A stretch of 64,000 bases of DNA from Octopus vulgaris (Eukaryota): the NCBI GenBank assembly GCA_951406725.2, contig OX597825.1, forward strand, positions 31,558,001-31,622,000, given 5' to 3'. Position 1 is the stretch's first letter. Every line of letters starts with the position of its first letter. Positions 13,935-27,660 of this stretch are shown here, piece by piece. The notes below the pieces were generated by a model. It saw only the letters and a list, made by a program, of their open reading frames with translations. It was not told where the DNA came from and did not search any database. The translations under genes and the position numbers were made by a program.

Positions 13935-14372
13935 GGGATCTTTTCGGTTTGAACGGCAGTTTGTAACATAATTTCTAGGTAACTAAAAAAATTTAAACTT
14001 CGTATACTGGTAGAATGTGTTTATAAAACAGTTTTTTCTCTTGGCTTTATTGAGAAAATTCTATAGTTTGTAAGATATTTGTTGTTGTTTTTTTCTTCAA
14101 TTTCTGCAATTTCAACCAATCGATGACGTCCATTGAGTTAAAAAACATTCTGTGCCGTATGAATATGTCCCTCGTTTAAGAAACAGATTGGGTTTATTTA
14201 CATTTGTGAAGAAAAAAAGACACCCTTCCCCTCAACCATAACCCTAACCCTAACTAACCCTAACCCTAAAACAGATTGAAATACAATAGATCGATACTAG
14301 GGGTCATAATTATGGGTGACAATTTTATATGACACCGCTAGAAAAAACTGCCGTTCGAACCGAAAAGATCCC
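13935..14372. mobile_element. MITE (438 bp) with about 28-bp TIRs and an internal telomere-like (CCCTAA)n tract
   Basis: gggatcttttcggtttgaacggcagttt ... aaactgccgttcgaaccgaaaagatccc. Flanks aactgt / aactat are a possible 6-bp TSD. Confidence 0.85.
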
Positions 14373-15179
14373 AACTATGCCAAAAACATATCATACCCCA
14401 GTTTAAGATATATAACTACTTGCCTCAGCACCAATCTTGAGATGTTGAACTTCAGAAAACTACAAAGAACATAGCTAAGAGAGAAATTGTATAGACAAAT
14501 CATTAATAGAAATGTGAAAATTATTAAAATATTCCAGAAGTTTAGAAAAAAGTTTAGTAAGTGAAGCCTAGAATCGAAACCTCACAATTTTAATAACTAT
14601 AATAACTAGCTCATTTAAGTCAGGTGACGTGCCCTGGTTATTAACCAATCAACTTGTTGGCATATCATCTCATATTAGATAATATTCTTTAGTATTCTGG
14701 AAGTTACCCCGCTTTTGTAGTTATATAAACACAACACACGGAAACAAATCAGAGAGCGCGGCGCACTTGGAAGCACAAGCAACAAGCGCTTACTTCGTCA
14801 AGTTTCTCTTGGCTGAAGTTCATCCGGAGTTAAAAGGAATGCTTCAACTAGGATGGACAAGCATTATTTCCGCCTCTCACCTGAAGCTAATCTCTTTTGT
14901 TACTAATTTAATTACAGCCTCGGTTCTCTACTGGCAAACTGTGATGTAACTATGTAAATATCGTAATTGGTTTTGATAAAATAAAATAATATTTCAACAA
15001 TATTCGTAGTTGATTTATTACGGGACACACGCAGCCAAACTTAATACCAAAGCCTTGTGAGTGGATTTCGTAGGCGGAAACAGAAAGAAGCACGTTGTTC
15101 TCCTTCTTTCTACCTCTCCTGTCAAACCTTTTTTTTTTCAACCAGTCTACTGATACAAACAAAAAGCTGTAGTGATACT

Positions 15180-15560
15180 ATAACGGCGCGCGCTCGCGCA
15201 CCGTCCATTTGTATTTCGCGCGTGTTGGTGCCTTTACCAAGGCAGTGAGAGGAAGGGCCCTCTCGCGCATGCGCGAACCTCCGGAAGCACGACCCTGGCC
15301 AAGGCAGGGGGATCGTAGAACGTTTGACCACTAGCAGCAGCAAGCGGGGACTTTGAGACATGGCCTATCGAAGGCAACGGTCGCGATATATTTTCTCTCC
15401 GTTCGAACTAGCTTCTAGCAGTCCTTACCAAAAGGGCTTTAACCAAATTGTTGCAGACCAACATCGTCTCCATTGTTCGACGCCATTTTGACCCGTTCTG
15501 TTTTGGCGGCTGAATATTGTAAATATTACAATCAATTAACTTTCAGCCTTGCGCGCCCAG
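15180..15560. promoter_or_regulatory. CpG-rich promoter-like island with NRF1, ETS and YY1 motifs
   Basis: Dense CpG in a CpG-poor window. GCGCATGCGC at about 15265, CCGGAAG at 15281, CGCCATTTT at 15481, and a minus-strand donor ttg|gtaagg at 15428. Confidence 0.6.
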
Positions 15561-16512
15561 AACCAAGGACATCAGATAACACACTTATTGTTATTGTTAT
15601 CAAGAAAGAGAATAAAGTAGTATGTATATATTTTACGTCTGCGTCTTGTTGTTTCTGACTGGTAGAATTCTGGATTATTAAAGCAACGGCTAGTGAGTGA
15701 TTGCTTTCTTGTACCCCGAAAGTACAAGACAAGATATTCACTCTCACTAAGCTCGTTACAAAGCATACACACACAAAACACATATATACAGATGTGTAGA
15801 CATGTATATGTGTTCATATACGTAAGTCACAGCAGAGAGATTCATGCAGCAATGCTATCATCTCTAACACACACTCACATACACCCATACATACATACAT
15901 ACATACATACATACATGCTTCGAAGAAGACAAGAAAAAGAGGGCACCTAAAGGCCATTAATAAGGGGTTTGCAAATCCAGTACCCAAGATATACTTTCAG
16001 CTTCATACTCATTATTATTGAAGTAACAAGATACATACCAACCCGTCTGTAGCAAAATATGGCTGAACGTAGGTTCTTGAAGAGAGAAAGCAAATCCTTA
16101 ATTTATACACTACAAATGATATCATGATATCTGGGACTATATAAATCTGTAAGACCTTACGTTTTAAAGGATGATGAACAAAACAAGATGCATTCGTTCA
16201 TAATCATGTTACCAAATAGGTGGTCGCGTAAAATTGACTCTAAATTGAATAGAGAAAGAGAAGAACATATATAGACGTCGCTGTGTAGCAAGAAGCTTGC
16301 TTCCCAACCACATGGTTCCCTGGTTCAGTCCCACTGCATGGCACCTTGGGCAAGTATCTTCTACTCTAGTCTCGGACCGACCAAAGCCTTGTGAATGGAT
16401 TTAGTAGAAGGAAACTGAAAGAAGCAGGTTGTTCCCCTTCTTTCTACCTCTCCTATCAAACCCTTTTTTTCCAACCAGTCGACTGATACAAGCAAAAGGC
16501 AAAAGAAAAAAG

Positions 16513-16587
<75 letters not shown>

Positions 16588-17059
16588 TAGACAGACGCAC
16601 ACACTTACATGCATACATATATACATACATATACATACATTCATACATAAACATACATACATACACACACATTCATGCGTACATACAGACAGACATCCAT
16701 TCATCCATCCATCCATCCATACACACACATTCATACATACATACATAAATCCATGCATACATCCATCCATCCATGCATACATACATACATACATACATAC
16801 ATACATACATACATACATACATACATACAGCTTCCGCCATGTGTGAAGGCTTGTGGCCTTGTGGTTAGGATGTTGCACTCAATTCCCGGATCAGGCGGAG
16901 CATTGTCTTTCACGCTGCTCTGCGGGTGGGAGGGTGGCAGAACCTTTGTTGCGTCGGTGGAGATCTTTGCCCCATATTTTCAGGCTCTCTACATTCTGCG
17001 TGGTGGTGGTGGTGGTGGTGGTACATGTTTTTTCCTGTAGGAACATAAGCAAATAGATG

Positions 17060-18530
17060 GCGTGGACTTCCAGCTCTTGTCCATGCAACATACAGTTGCC
17101 CCTATGAAAAACATTCAGGTTATAGCTCGGGAACAGATAAAGATTGTCCTCGTGATTTATTTATAGACAAAGGCAAAACTGAGTTTTACAGGGAACTGCG
17201 GCCTTTTTAATACAAAAGGCATTTCTGTGTCAGATGGCACCAAGGGTATTCTGAGCATTAAAACATCTTCTTCCATAGAACAACCAGTTAAGATATTGGC
17301 CTGAATAATATGAGGTATTATATTTTAACCACTAGTCTAGTGCCTGTTACACAGCCAAGGTAGGTCAAGCTTCTGCAGCAGCGATATGAGGGTTCCCACT
17401 TTCAACAGAAGTGGTTTGGTGAGAGCCCAGGCAGTTCCAAAGAATTGAAGAATTCAACTGGATAGTTGACAATCTCTGCAATAATGTAATCCAATAACAT
17501 ATTGTTTGTTCTGCTAAAAGTAATATTTTTTGGTGCACGTATTGCCCTTCCATGAAAACATGGGTTCGTTGGTGATCCTGAAAATTTGGAAATATTTCAG
17601 CAATTAGTTTATTGCATGATGAAACTGATGTACTAATTTGAGAGGTATGTAGACAATTATTTCTATCAAGTGTTACCCCACCTTCTCTAAGTTTCAATGA
17701 ATTTTGAAAACATTTTTCAGACAAATCGTCACCAAAAAGTGTGACCCTTATATTCTTAGGCTCACTTTTGTTATATGTCTCCACAAATATGATAATTTCA
17801 AGCAAGCCATTAACTCATCCACTTTAGTACCTTTAGTATTACAAGTAGTCTGGCGAAAATCTCCTGAGAGTACAGTGGCGATTCCACCCGTCAATACATC
17901 GGAATGTCTTAAACCCTGCAAGCTTCGATTCAGAGCTTCCAAAGATTTTTTGTTTGCCATTGTGCACTTATCCCAAATAATGAGATGACAACTCCTTAAT
18001 ACCTATTCCATCCCAAATGTTTTACTAAAATTACAAACTGATGTATCGTTGTCAACTAAGTTTAATGGTAATCTAAAAGTCGAGAGAGCTGTTCGTCCTC
18101 CCAAAAGTAACATAGCAGCAATACCTGAAAAAGCAACTGCAAAAACTATTTTTTTCTATTGTCGGATTTTGGCAAGCAACAGTTTAGTGACAAATGTTTT
18201 AACAGTTCCTGATGGAGCATCAAGAAAAGATTTTAAAAAAACCTTCGTCCCTTTCCGGGTATAACGCTCTAAAATATTTTTGTTCGTGTAATAATTTGGA
18301 TTCGTTTTCGCGAAGTTCATTGTAAGAGGTTTCTTTTAATAGTTCTGTTGTTAAACAATTAACTTCAGAATGATTGGTTTGAGGAAGACAATACACATGC
18401 AATTCACTCCCTTTCGTAGAAATAGCTTTAACTGATAATGCTGTATTGTAAACTTCATTAGTATATTATATATTCTCGCCAGGATATTACAACTGAATGT
18501 GATATTTTTACCAGATGATTTCTGTATTTT
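17060..18530 (-). mobile_element. Helitron remnant (PIF1-type helicase of the Rep/Hel protein)
   Basis: Fragments IIWDKCTMANKKSLEALNRSLQ, LSGDFRQT, RIPLVPSDTEMPF..KRPQFPVKLSFA and GQLYVA..R, with many frameshifts. Boundaries approximate. Confidence 0.88.
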
Positions 18531-18626
18531 AGCCATAATGATACGCGGTCCTGATACACGAAAAGGTCATAAATGTAAAACAAGGTGGAAAAAGCCAGTA
18601 CTCGAGTACCTAGGTAGAGTGACACA

Positions 18627-18815
18627 CTTTTATTACAGCTGCAAAAATTTTCAGAATCTCAGAGTTTCACGTTCCCGTTCGTCGGACACTTGTGGCCATG
18701 TTCAATTAAAATTGTGATCACAGTTATAATTCAGTATGTTTACAAACTGTCCGACGAACAGGAACGAGAAACTCTGAGTAACAGCTTGTGAAGATTTTTG
18801 CAGCTTTAATAAAAG
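18627..18815. repeat. About 190-bp near-perfect palindrome next to the Helitron remnant
   Basis: ttttattacagctgcaaaaattttca...ctcagagtttcacgttcc pairs with ggaacgagaaactctgag...tgaagatttttgcagctttaataaaa. Centre is tgtgatcaca. Confidence 0.85.
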
Positions 18816-18840
18816 TATATATAGATATAGATATAATATA

Positions 18841-19160
18841 GGGCGCATGGCTCAGTGGTTAGAGCGTCGAGTTTACGATCGTGAGGTTGTGAGCTCGAAT
18901 CCCGGACCGGGCTTCAGCAAGGCACTTTATTTCACGTTGCTCCAGTTCCCTCAGCTGTAGAAATGAGTTGCGACGTCACTGGTGCCAAGCTGTATCGACC
19001 TTTGTCTTTCCCTTGGATAACACTGGTGGCGTGGAGAGGGGAGGCTGGTATGCATGGGCGACTGTTGGTCTTCCATAAACAACCTCGCCCGGACTTGTGT
19101 CTAGGAGGGTAACTTTCTAGGTGAAATCCCATGGTCTGTATCGTGACCGAAAGGGGTCTC
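18841..19160 (+). mobile_element. SINE family C copy
   Basis: Collinear with 12844-13185. Confidence 0.85.
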
Positions 19161-19249
19161 CGATATATACTATATACATATACATATCTTATTTTTTCAA
19201 TCGTTAATTTCGGTTAATTTTGTTGAGTGATCGCATCTGTTTTTTTAAC

Positions 19250-19305
<56 letters not shown>

Positions 19306-19459
19306 CAGACAGACAGAGAACGGAGAGAAAGGTGGTGTGCTGACGACCTGAACGACAACTTATGTAAATTTACCAGTCCCCACCTACCACTGCATATTAT
19401 CAATTTCTTACACTCTTGCCTTGCTTCCATTCGGGTTTTATAAACTTTACGCGTGTTGA

Positions 19460-19693
19460 AGGCGGCGAGCTGGCCGAAACGTTAGCACGCCGGGCGAAAT
19501 GCGTAGCCGTATTTCGTCTGCTGTTACGTTCTGAGTTCAAATTCCGCCGAGGTCGACTTTGCCTTTTATCCTTTCGGAGTCGATAAATTGAGTACCAGTT
19601 ACGCACTGGGGTCGATGTAATCGACTTAATCCGTTTGTCTGTCCTTGTTTGTCCCCCTCTATGTTTAGCCCCTTGTGAGTAGAAAAGAAAAAT
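19460..19693 (+). mobile_element. tRNA-derived SINE family B, representative copy with TSD
   Basis: ggcggcgagctggc...gagttcaaattcc (B-box). TSD tataaactttacg(c/t)gtgt. Other full copies at 20469-20650, 28630-28868 (TSD agatgacaa) and 45090-45302; many partial copies. Confidence 0.9.
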
Positions 19694-19709
19694 ATAAACT
19701 TTACGTGTG

Positions 19710-19808
<99 letters not shown>

Positions 19809-21131
19809 GTGTGTGTGTGTGCGTGTGCGTGCTTCTGTTGCGATGTGCAGCAGAAACGCTGCATGTGAACAACAGTTGTCAACTTACCAGCCCCCTCCTT
19901 CCTTAAAGCTACGTCTTCCACACACCCACTTCACTTTGCCTTTCTTAGAATTTTAAAAGTTACTTGTGCGTATAGGTGTGTGTGTATGCGTGAGTGTGTG
20001 TGTGTGTGTGTGTGTATTTGTGTGTGTGTATGTGTGTGTTCGTGTGTGTGTGTGTGTGTGTGTGTGTGTCTGTGAGAGAGAGAGAGTGAGAGAACGTGAG
20101 TGTGTCTGCATATATCTATGTATTGACGTATGTACGCAGCGATCATCATAATACATTGTCATCATTCACTAAACCCCGCCCACTGCTTGGAAATTCCCAA
20201 ATTTAGATTCTTTCACCTAACTTCTTTCTTATCCCTCTCACTCAAATTCAGGGTAACTCAGCCCGCACCTCGCACCTTCCTTATACGACAACCAAAATTG
20301 CCGAAAGATTGTCAAAAGTTTTTTAAGTCCTAGGAATAAGAGTGTGTAGTTATGAAGTTCGCTTTGCAACCATATGGTTTCTGGTGCAGTCCCACTGCAC
20401 GACACCTTGGGTAGGCCTAGCAAGGCCTTCTGTGTGAATTTCATAAGCAGAAAATATGTAGAATATTAAGGCGGTGCTCTAGCAGATCTGGTATTTCGCC
20501 TGCCGCTACATTCTGAGTTCAAATTCCGCCGAGGTCGACTTTGTCTTTCATCCTTTCGGGGTTCATAAATTAAGTACCAGTTACGCACTCGGGTCGATGT
20601 CCTTGTTTGTCCCCTCTATGTTTAGCCCCTTGTGGGCAATAAAGAAATAAGAAAATATGTAGAAGATTGTCATGTGTGCGTTCATGTTTGTCCCGTTACC
20701 GTAACTTAGCAGTTCGGTAAAAGATACCGATAAATTAAATAACAGACTTTGAACAAAAATAAGTACCGGAGTCGGTATCTTGGATTAAACTTAGCAAGGG
20801 GTTCTCCATCATGGCTGCTATTCAATGACTGAAGCGGGTAAAAGGGAAAAGCCAGAAGATAATTAATTGTTTTTAAATTTAGACATAAGGTTTACCGTTT
20901 TCCAGGAAAGGTCCTTAGCCGAATACATTGACTCCAACACTTGACTAGTTGTTCATTTATCAAGTCTTGGGGTTAATATAATCGATTGTTCCCCATCCTA
21001 CCATCAAACTTCTGATTCTGTTCGAATGAAAATATATTATAAACATATCTATTATCAAACAAGAATTCTAATTGCGTTCGGGGAAAGATGATGTGTATAT
21101 TTTTAGTATTTGGAAGAGATTCTAGAAAATA

Positions 21132-22409
21132 TTGGGTCATCTTATAAATAATGCGGTTTTTTCAATTGCGTGAACTAAAAGTTGGAGGGGTACGGGATAA
21201 ACTACCTGCATCAACTTGCTATAAAAGCAGGTAGTAATTTTACCTTGCCCTTATTCTTTGTGCAAGTTTTGAAGAGTGCAGTTCGATTTTAACAGTTATT
21301 TTTTCAAAGCTTTAATGGATGTGACAAAGTGGCATATTCAACATATTTTGCTTTATGAGTTCAATAAAGGCAACAACGCAACGGTAAGTGCAAGGAATAT
21401 TAATGCAGTATATGGGGATCAGACAAAAAGTGTAAGCCAGTATCAGTGGTGGTTCCAGAAATTCCAAGCTGGAAACTACAGCCTAGAAGACAAGCCTCAA
21501 CCTGGAAGATCTGTAGAGCTCGATGAGGTCGTCCTGCAAACCCTGGTGGAACAAAATTCTATTGTAACTGTTGAGGAACTAGCAGAGAAGCTTGGATTTG
21601 GTCATTCAACCATTCATTAACACATGCGTGCCATTGGAAAAGTCAGCAAATTGGGTCAATGGGTTCCTCACAAACTTTCCGAGTCTAATCGTATGCAGAG
21701 AGTGAATGTGTGCTTTTTTTGCTGTCAGATCTCGCAAATGAACCTTTTTGGGACCGATAGTGACTGGTGACGAGAAATGGCTTCTCTATATAAATGTTAA
21801 GCGCTGAAGACAGTGGGTAGGGAAAGGAGGAACACCGGTACCCAAGGCTAAAGAAGGTCTTCACCCGCGTAAGATGTTGCTATATGTTTGCTAGGATATG
21901 AAAGGTTTAGTCAACTATGAATTTTTAAACCCCAACCAAACGATAACAAAGATGTACTGCGAGCAGCTTGAGCGGCTCGAGTCAGCGCTAGAAGGAAAAC
22001 AACCATCTTTGGCTTCAAGACGAAAGGTGTTCTTCCATCAGGTTAATGCTCGGCCACATACAGCGAGGATGACATTCCAAAGGCTGGAGCAGTTTGAATG
22101 GGAAACGATGCCCCACCCATCATATTCGCCGGACATTGCCCTATCTGTTTATCATTTATTCTGCAGACGTTAAAATCATTTGGATGGAAAAATTACGAAT
22201 TCTCCAGGCGACTTCAGAACAGTACTGGAGGAATATATTTCGACACGGTCAAGGGAATTTTGGAAGAGGGACCTTGCAAGTCTACAAGATAGATGGAAGA
22301 CTATTGTAGACAATGGAGGAGAGTGTATTTTAGATTAAAAGAATAATTTTATCTTAATTTTGAAAAAAAAATGAAGTATAAAAACCCGCATTATTTAGGG
22401 ATGACCCAA
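21132..22409 (+). mobile_element. Full-length, pseudogenised mariner transposon
   Basis: TIRs ttgggtcatcttataaataatgcgg / ccgcattatttagggatgacccaa, TA on both sides, 1278 bp. Broken transposase with WVPHKL, VTGDEKW, NARPH and PSYSPDIA. Confidence 0.95.
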
Positions 22410-24005
22410 TAAATGGAGTATATATATATATATATGTATGTATACATGTGGGTGTGGGTGGGTGTGTGTGTGTGTGTGTGTATTAAGTTTGCCTTCAAAT
22501 TTCACGGAAATGAGACAAAGTTTTCACAGTTTCTAAGTGAGGGTGATTGTTATAGGACGATAATCAAGATCTGTTCTCACTGGCGTGTTCAGATGGTGTG
22601 GAGGGATTGGTAACTGTTGACTTTCGGTGGCTTCCAACGGATGAAGACTGAACGCTACTGGGTAAAGATGCTACTGATTGGTGATGGGACTCGTAACCGC
22701 TAATTACAATGAAGTAATTTCCCTTGTCCTGATTAGAAATCATGATATTCAACATAAGTTTTATGGAGGTTTATAGAAGGCTTGTGTAGATATCAACAAA
22801 TGTCTACGGCGAATATTAACTGCCAATAACTTGCCGTTAATCCAGTTGTTAATAGCGAGAAGACAGTTCAAGTCTCGTGCAAAGGAAAGCAATGGGCTCT
22901 GGCTATATGTGTGAGATAAAAGTTTATGAAATTGTATTTACAGATAGTGTTAAAGATAGCGTATAGAAAGTCCCGCTTGTGGCAGCAGAATGAGAGCTCG
23001 ATTTTCTTCGTAAGGAATAATACCGACTTACAATATTACTTTTACTTGCTTCAGTCATTTGACTGCGGCCATGCTGGAGCACCGCCTTTAGTCGAACAAA
23101 TCGACCCCAGGACTTATTCTTTGTAAGCCTAGTACTAATTCTATCGGACGCTTTTGCCGACAGCATCGCTTGTCAAGCGATGTTAGGGGGACAAACGCAG
23201 AAACACAAATACATCCAAACACATATATACATATATATACGGCGGGTTTCTTTCAGTTTTTTCTATCAAATCCACTCACAAGGCTTTGGTCGGCCTGAGG
23301 CTATAGTAGAAGACATTTGCCCAAGGTGCCACGCAGTGAGGCTGAACCCGGAACCATGTGGTTGGAAAGCAAGCTACTTACCACACAGCCACTTCTGCGC
23401 CTATGAATATATACAAGTTCTCACTGAGACAAAAACAGCAACTGTACGTGCCGGAAGAATAGAGGGTGCTTTGATGTGAATGTTCAATATTATACAAGCT
23501 AGAGCGATTCCCTGATCTAGAAAATTCCCAATTAAACAAAACAAGGAAATCCAAGGAACTGAACGAGTGCACACGCTGGCCATGCCTTCTTTTCACGTTA
23601 TTGGTCGTAAGATTTGTCTAATGATTTGAATATCATGAGAAGGAGTGTGTGTCGCACTGGAGTTCCTGATTATCATCAGAAAATTTTTATTTCGAGTTCA
23701 CAAAGAGATAGTGAAAAGATTTATAGGGCGAGGAAGTGAATTTTACGAAGCCAATTCAGCGAGAGAGAGAAACAGATAAAGAGAGAAGCAAAGATATGCA
23801 AACTTGGCCTCGACGGGATTTGAACTATAAGCGAGGAACAAATTCTGAAACAAATGCAGCAAAGCTTTCTGTTCGATGTTCTGACTAACAATTCACCATC
23901 TTTATCACCATGGTTATCATAACAGCGAGGAGGATTATTAATTCTCACCTATTATTAAGTTTACAAATTGTTTTGTTTCAGGAAGATTTTCGGTATTTTG
24001 CGGTG

Positions 24006-24007
<2 letters not shown>

Positions 24008-24074
<67 letters not shown>

Positions 24075-24522
24075 ATATATACATAAACATAAGCATATAT
24101 ATATATATAAGCAAGCATGTATGCATGTACATTTGTATATACATACATATACATACGTGTGTGTGTGTGTACATATATGCACATAACTTTTAATACACAC
24201 ACACACATCCACACAAACACGTACACCTACACAAACACACTCACACGCACATGCACGGACATACACACATACATACACGCATGTGTGTACGTGTGTGTAT
24301 GTGTGCGTGTGTGTGTATGCGTGTGTGTGTGTGTGCGCATGTGTGTGTGTGTGTTTGTGTGTATGTGTCTGTGTGTGTGTTTGTTTGTGTGTGTCTGTGT
24401 GTGTGTGTGTGTTTGTGTGTGTGTGTGCGTTTGTGTGTGTGTATGTGCGTGTGTGTGTGTGTGTATGCGTGTGTGTGTGTGTGCGTGTGTGCATGTGTGT
24501 GTGTGTGTGCGTGTGCGCATGT

Positions 24523-24577
<55 letters not shown>

Positions 24578-24582
24578 TGTGT
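24008..24582. repeat. Opposed (CA)n and (TG)n microsatellite block
   Basis: Direct reading. Confidence 0.95.
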
Positions 24583-25030
24583 GTTTCCAGCTTAAAAACA
24601 AATTCAAATATAAGAACAAAATAGCTAAAGCTAAAACCGGAATTTAATGTACAATTTAATGTTACATTGATTTGGCGTTTTAATTTTTGTGTTGATTTTC
24701 AGAAACGTATGTTACGTAGAAATATTTTCATCTCCTAAAATCTTATATTTTTACTCCTCCATCGAATAATAATTCGTTTGGAAAAATTAAAGTATTTTTC
24801 CTACTACAATAAATGCAAATAAACACTACTTTTTAAAATTACTTATGGTTAAGCGTTTTGCTGTGAAAACAATTATGTTTTGTAATTATTCAAGCGAATA
24901 CATATATACACTTATATACATATACATGCATAAAGATGCAACCAATGCATATATGCACACTAATGTATGCATTTTTCAACACATGTATATATGTTTAAGT
25001 ACATAGACATGTATGAATACACACACACAC

Positions 25031-25082
<52 letters not shown>

Positions 25083-25452
25083 TTTATATATAGCTATAGA
25101 TCTATTCTACTGTGAAGCATATTATACATATATTAAATAGTTGTACTCATATTTTTATATGCATGTACGTTAACAAATACAGCATGTGGGTGTTTGAGCG
25201 AGAGTAAGAGGGTGAGAGGAGAGAGCAAGAGAGAGACAAGAAAACAGAGAGAAGGAGAGGGAAAATGGAGAGAGAGCGAAGGGATATACATACTCAAAGT
25301 TTATTATGAATATTAGAAAAAATATTATAGAAACAGCACGAAGTGAAGTGTCTAAGAGCAGATCCTGTATATGGCTGTCTCTGTAAAACAGGGTTACTCA
25401 ACCAGTTTGTAATATTGTCATCGACAAAAATGCATACTTACATCTATATATC

Positions 25453-25635
<183 letters not shown>

Positions 25636-25715
25636 CATACATACATACATACATACATAATATATTTAAGTATATATATCTATATGTATATATTTGTAAG
25701 TGTTTGTGTGTTTGT

Positions 25716-25829
<114 letters not shown>

Positions 25830-26100
25830 ATGTAAGTATGCATGTACGCCATGTGATGTAAATTATTCTTGATAAATTCATGGAGTGTTATTGAAGTAAC
25901 TTGTATTATTGTTGGCAGTAAGCGATGGTATATACTTGCAGTGTTTTAGCTTAAGGAGTAGGGTTTTTTTTTTTTTTTACATCGGAGAATTAACAATGCT
26001 TGTCGTAAAATATGGGGGAGGAAAAAAGCGCTGCAACAATACTTATACGTTTATTTATAGTTTCGGTGATGATATTCTCTTTCGAATAATCATAATGGTG

Positions 26101-26131
<31 letters not shown>

Positions 26132-27660
26132 TGGTTTCAAAATTTTGCCTCAAAGGCAGCCATTTTGGGGGAGGAGCAAGTCTATTACTTCAACTCCAGT
26201 GTTTCATGGGTACTTAATAAAAAGCTGGCTGAGAAATTTAATGAAATTCTAGCAGAGCTAGAGACAATGCCTAAACGGCTCACGGAAGGGAAAACTGTCC
26301 TAATTCCCAAATCTATTGAAACGGCAAACCCACAAAACTACAGGCCGATAACTTGTCACCCTACAATTTACAAAACCTTTACTGCAATAATATCGCAGAG
26401 AATAGGTAAACTTCTGGAAGAGAACAACCTGTTTCCGGAAGAGCAGAAGGGATGCTGCAAGGGCTCATACGGCTGTAAAGATCAGCTACTGATCAATATC
26501 GCCATAACTTAAGACAACCACAGAAAGAAGAAGGGTATAAGTATGGCCTGGATCGATTACCGAAAGGTTTTTGATAGTATTCCTCACACATAGATCCTAG
26601 AAACACTAGTGATGAACAAGATAGAACTAATAATCATAAAATGTATAAAACATTCCATGAATAAATGGCAGACAGTGCTACAGCTCCAGACAAAAGAGGG
26701 ACTCATAAAAACCAAACCCATTAGAAGAAGAATTTTGCAAGGAGAACGCTCTCTCCATTCCTTTTCTGCTAAGTACTCACACCGTTATCTAACATACTAA
26801 ACAGAATTAGATGTGGATACAATTGTTACGGCAAAACAATCATCCATCTCTTGTATATGGATGATCTAAAACAGTACGCTACAAATGATAAACAGCTGGA
26901 AGCATTATTACAGACAGTACATGGATTTACCAAAGAGATAAACTTGAAATGTGGCTTAGAAAAATGTGCCAAAGCAACATTGAAAAGAGGAAAACTAGTT
27001 AAGAGTTGCAACATCACACTAGATAAAGCAAACGAAATAAGAGAAGTAGACCAAAGCCAAGCATACAAATACTTAGGAATCAATAAACTAGATACGATAC
27101 AACACACACAAATGAAAGAGAAGATAAAAAAGGAATACTATAGACGAGTTAGATTACTAATAAAAACAGAGCTCAATGCGAAAAACAAGATAAGTCTTAA
27201 CACTCTAGCCGTCTCATTTATAAGTTACAGTACAATATCCTTAACTAGACACTAACTGAGCTAACCAAAACAGACAAGAAAACAAGAAAAATAATGACAG
27301 GATTTAGGATGCACCACCCAAAATCTGACATAGAAAGGCTATATTATCAACGTATGGAAGGTGGTAGAGACCTTATACAGCTAGAAAAGTATTGCAAACT
27401 AACCGCCATAGGACTACAGAAATACCTACTTCTGAAGCAAGGAAAACTAATACAAATAGCCACAAAACGACGAACGAAGCAAAACACTGTTTTCAGTCTT
27501 TAAGGAAGCTGACAAATACAAAAAATAAGTCATAGTACCTAACAACTATGAAGGAAAAAAAAACAACAAAAGCTGTAAAACAACTGAAATCCAAACTAAA
27601 ACTGGAACAGCAAGAAAAGCCCATTCGTGGTAAATATTGGGTTAAGTTAAACAGAAAAGA

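Noticed and set aside
14233-14268. Telomerase RNA template or true telomere
   Set aside because: A short degenerate tract inside a TIR-bounded MITE.
15180-15420. RNase MRP RNA suggested by minus-strand AAAGTCCCCG
   Set aside because: The complementary downstream GGGGCT (CR-V, 3' strand of P4) is missing. The region fits a promoter better.
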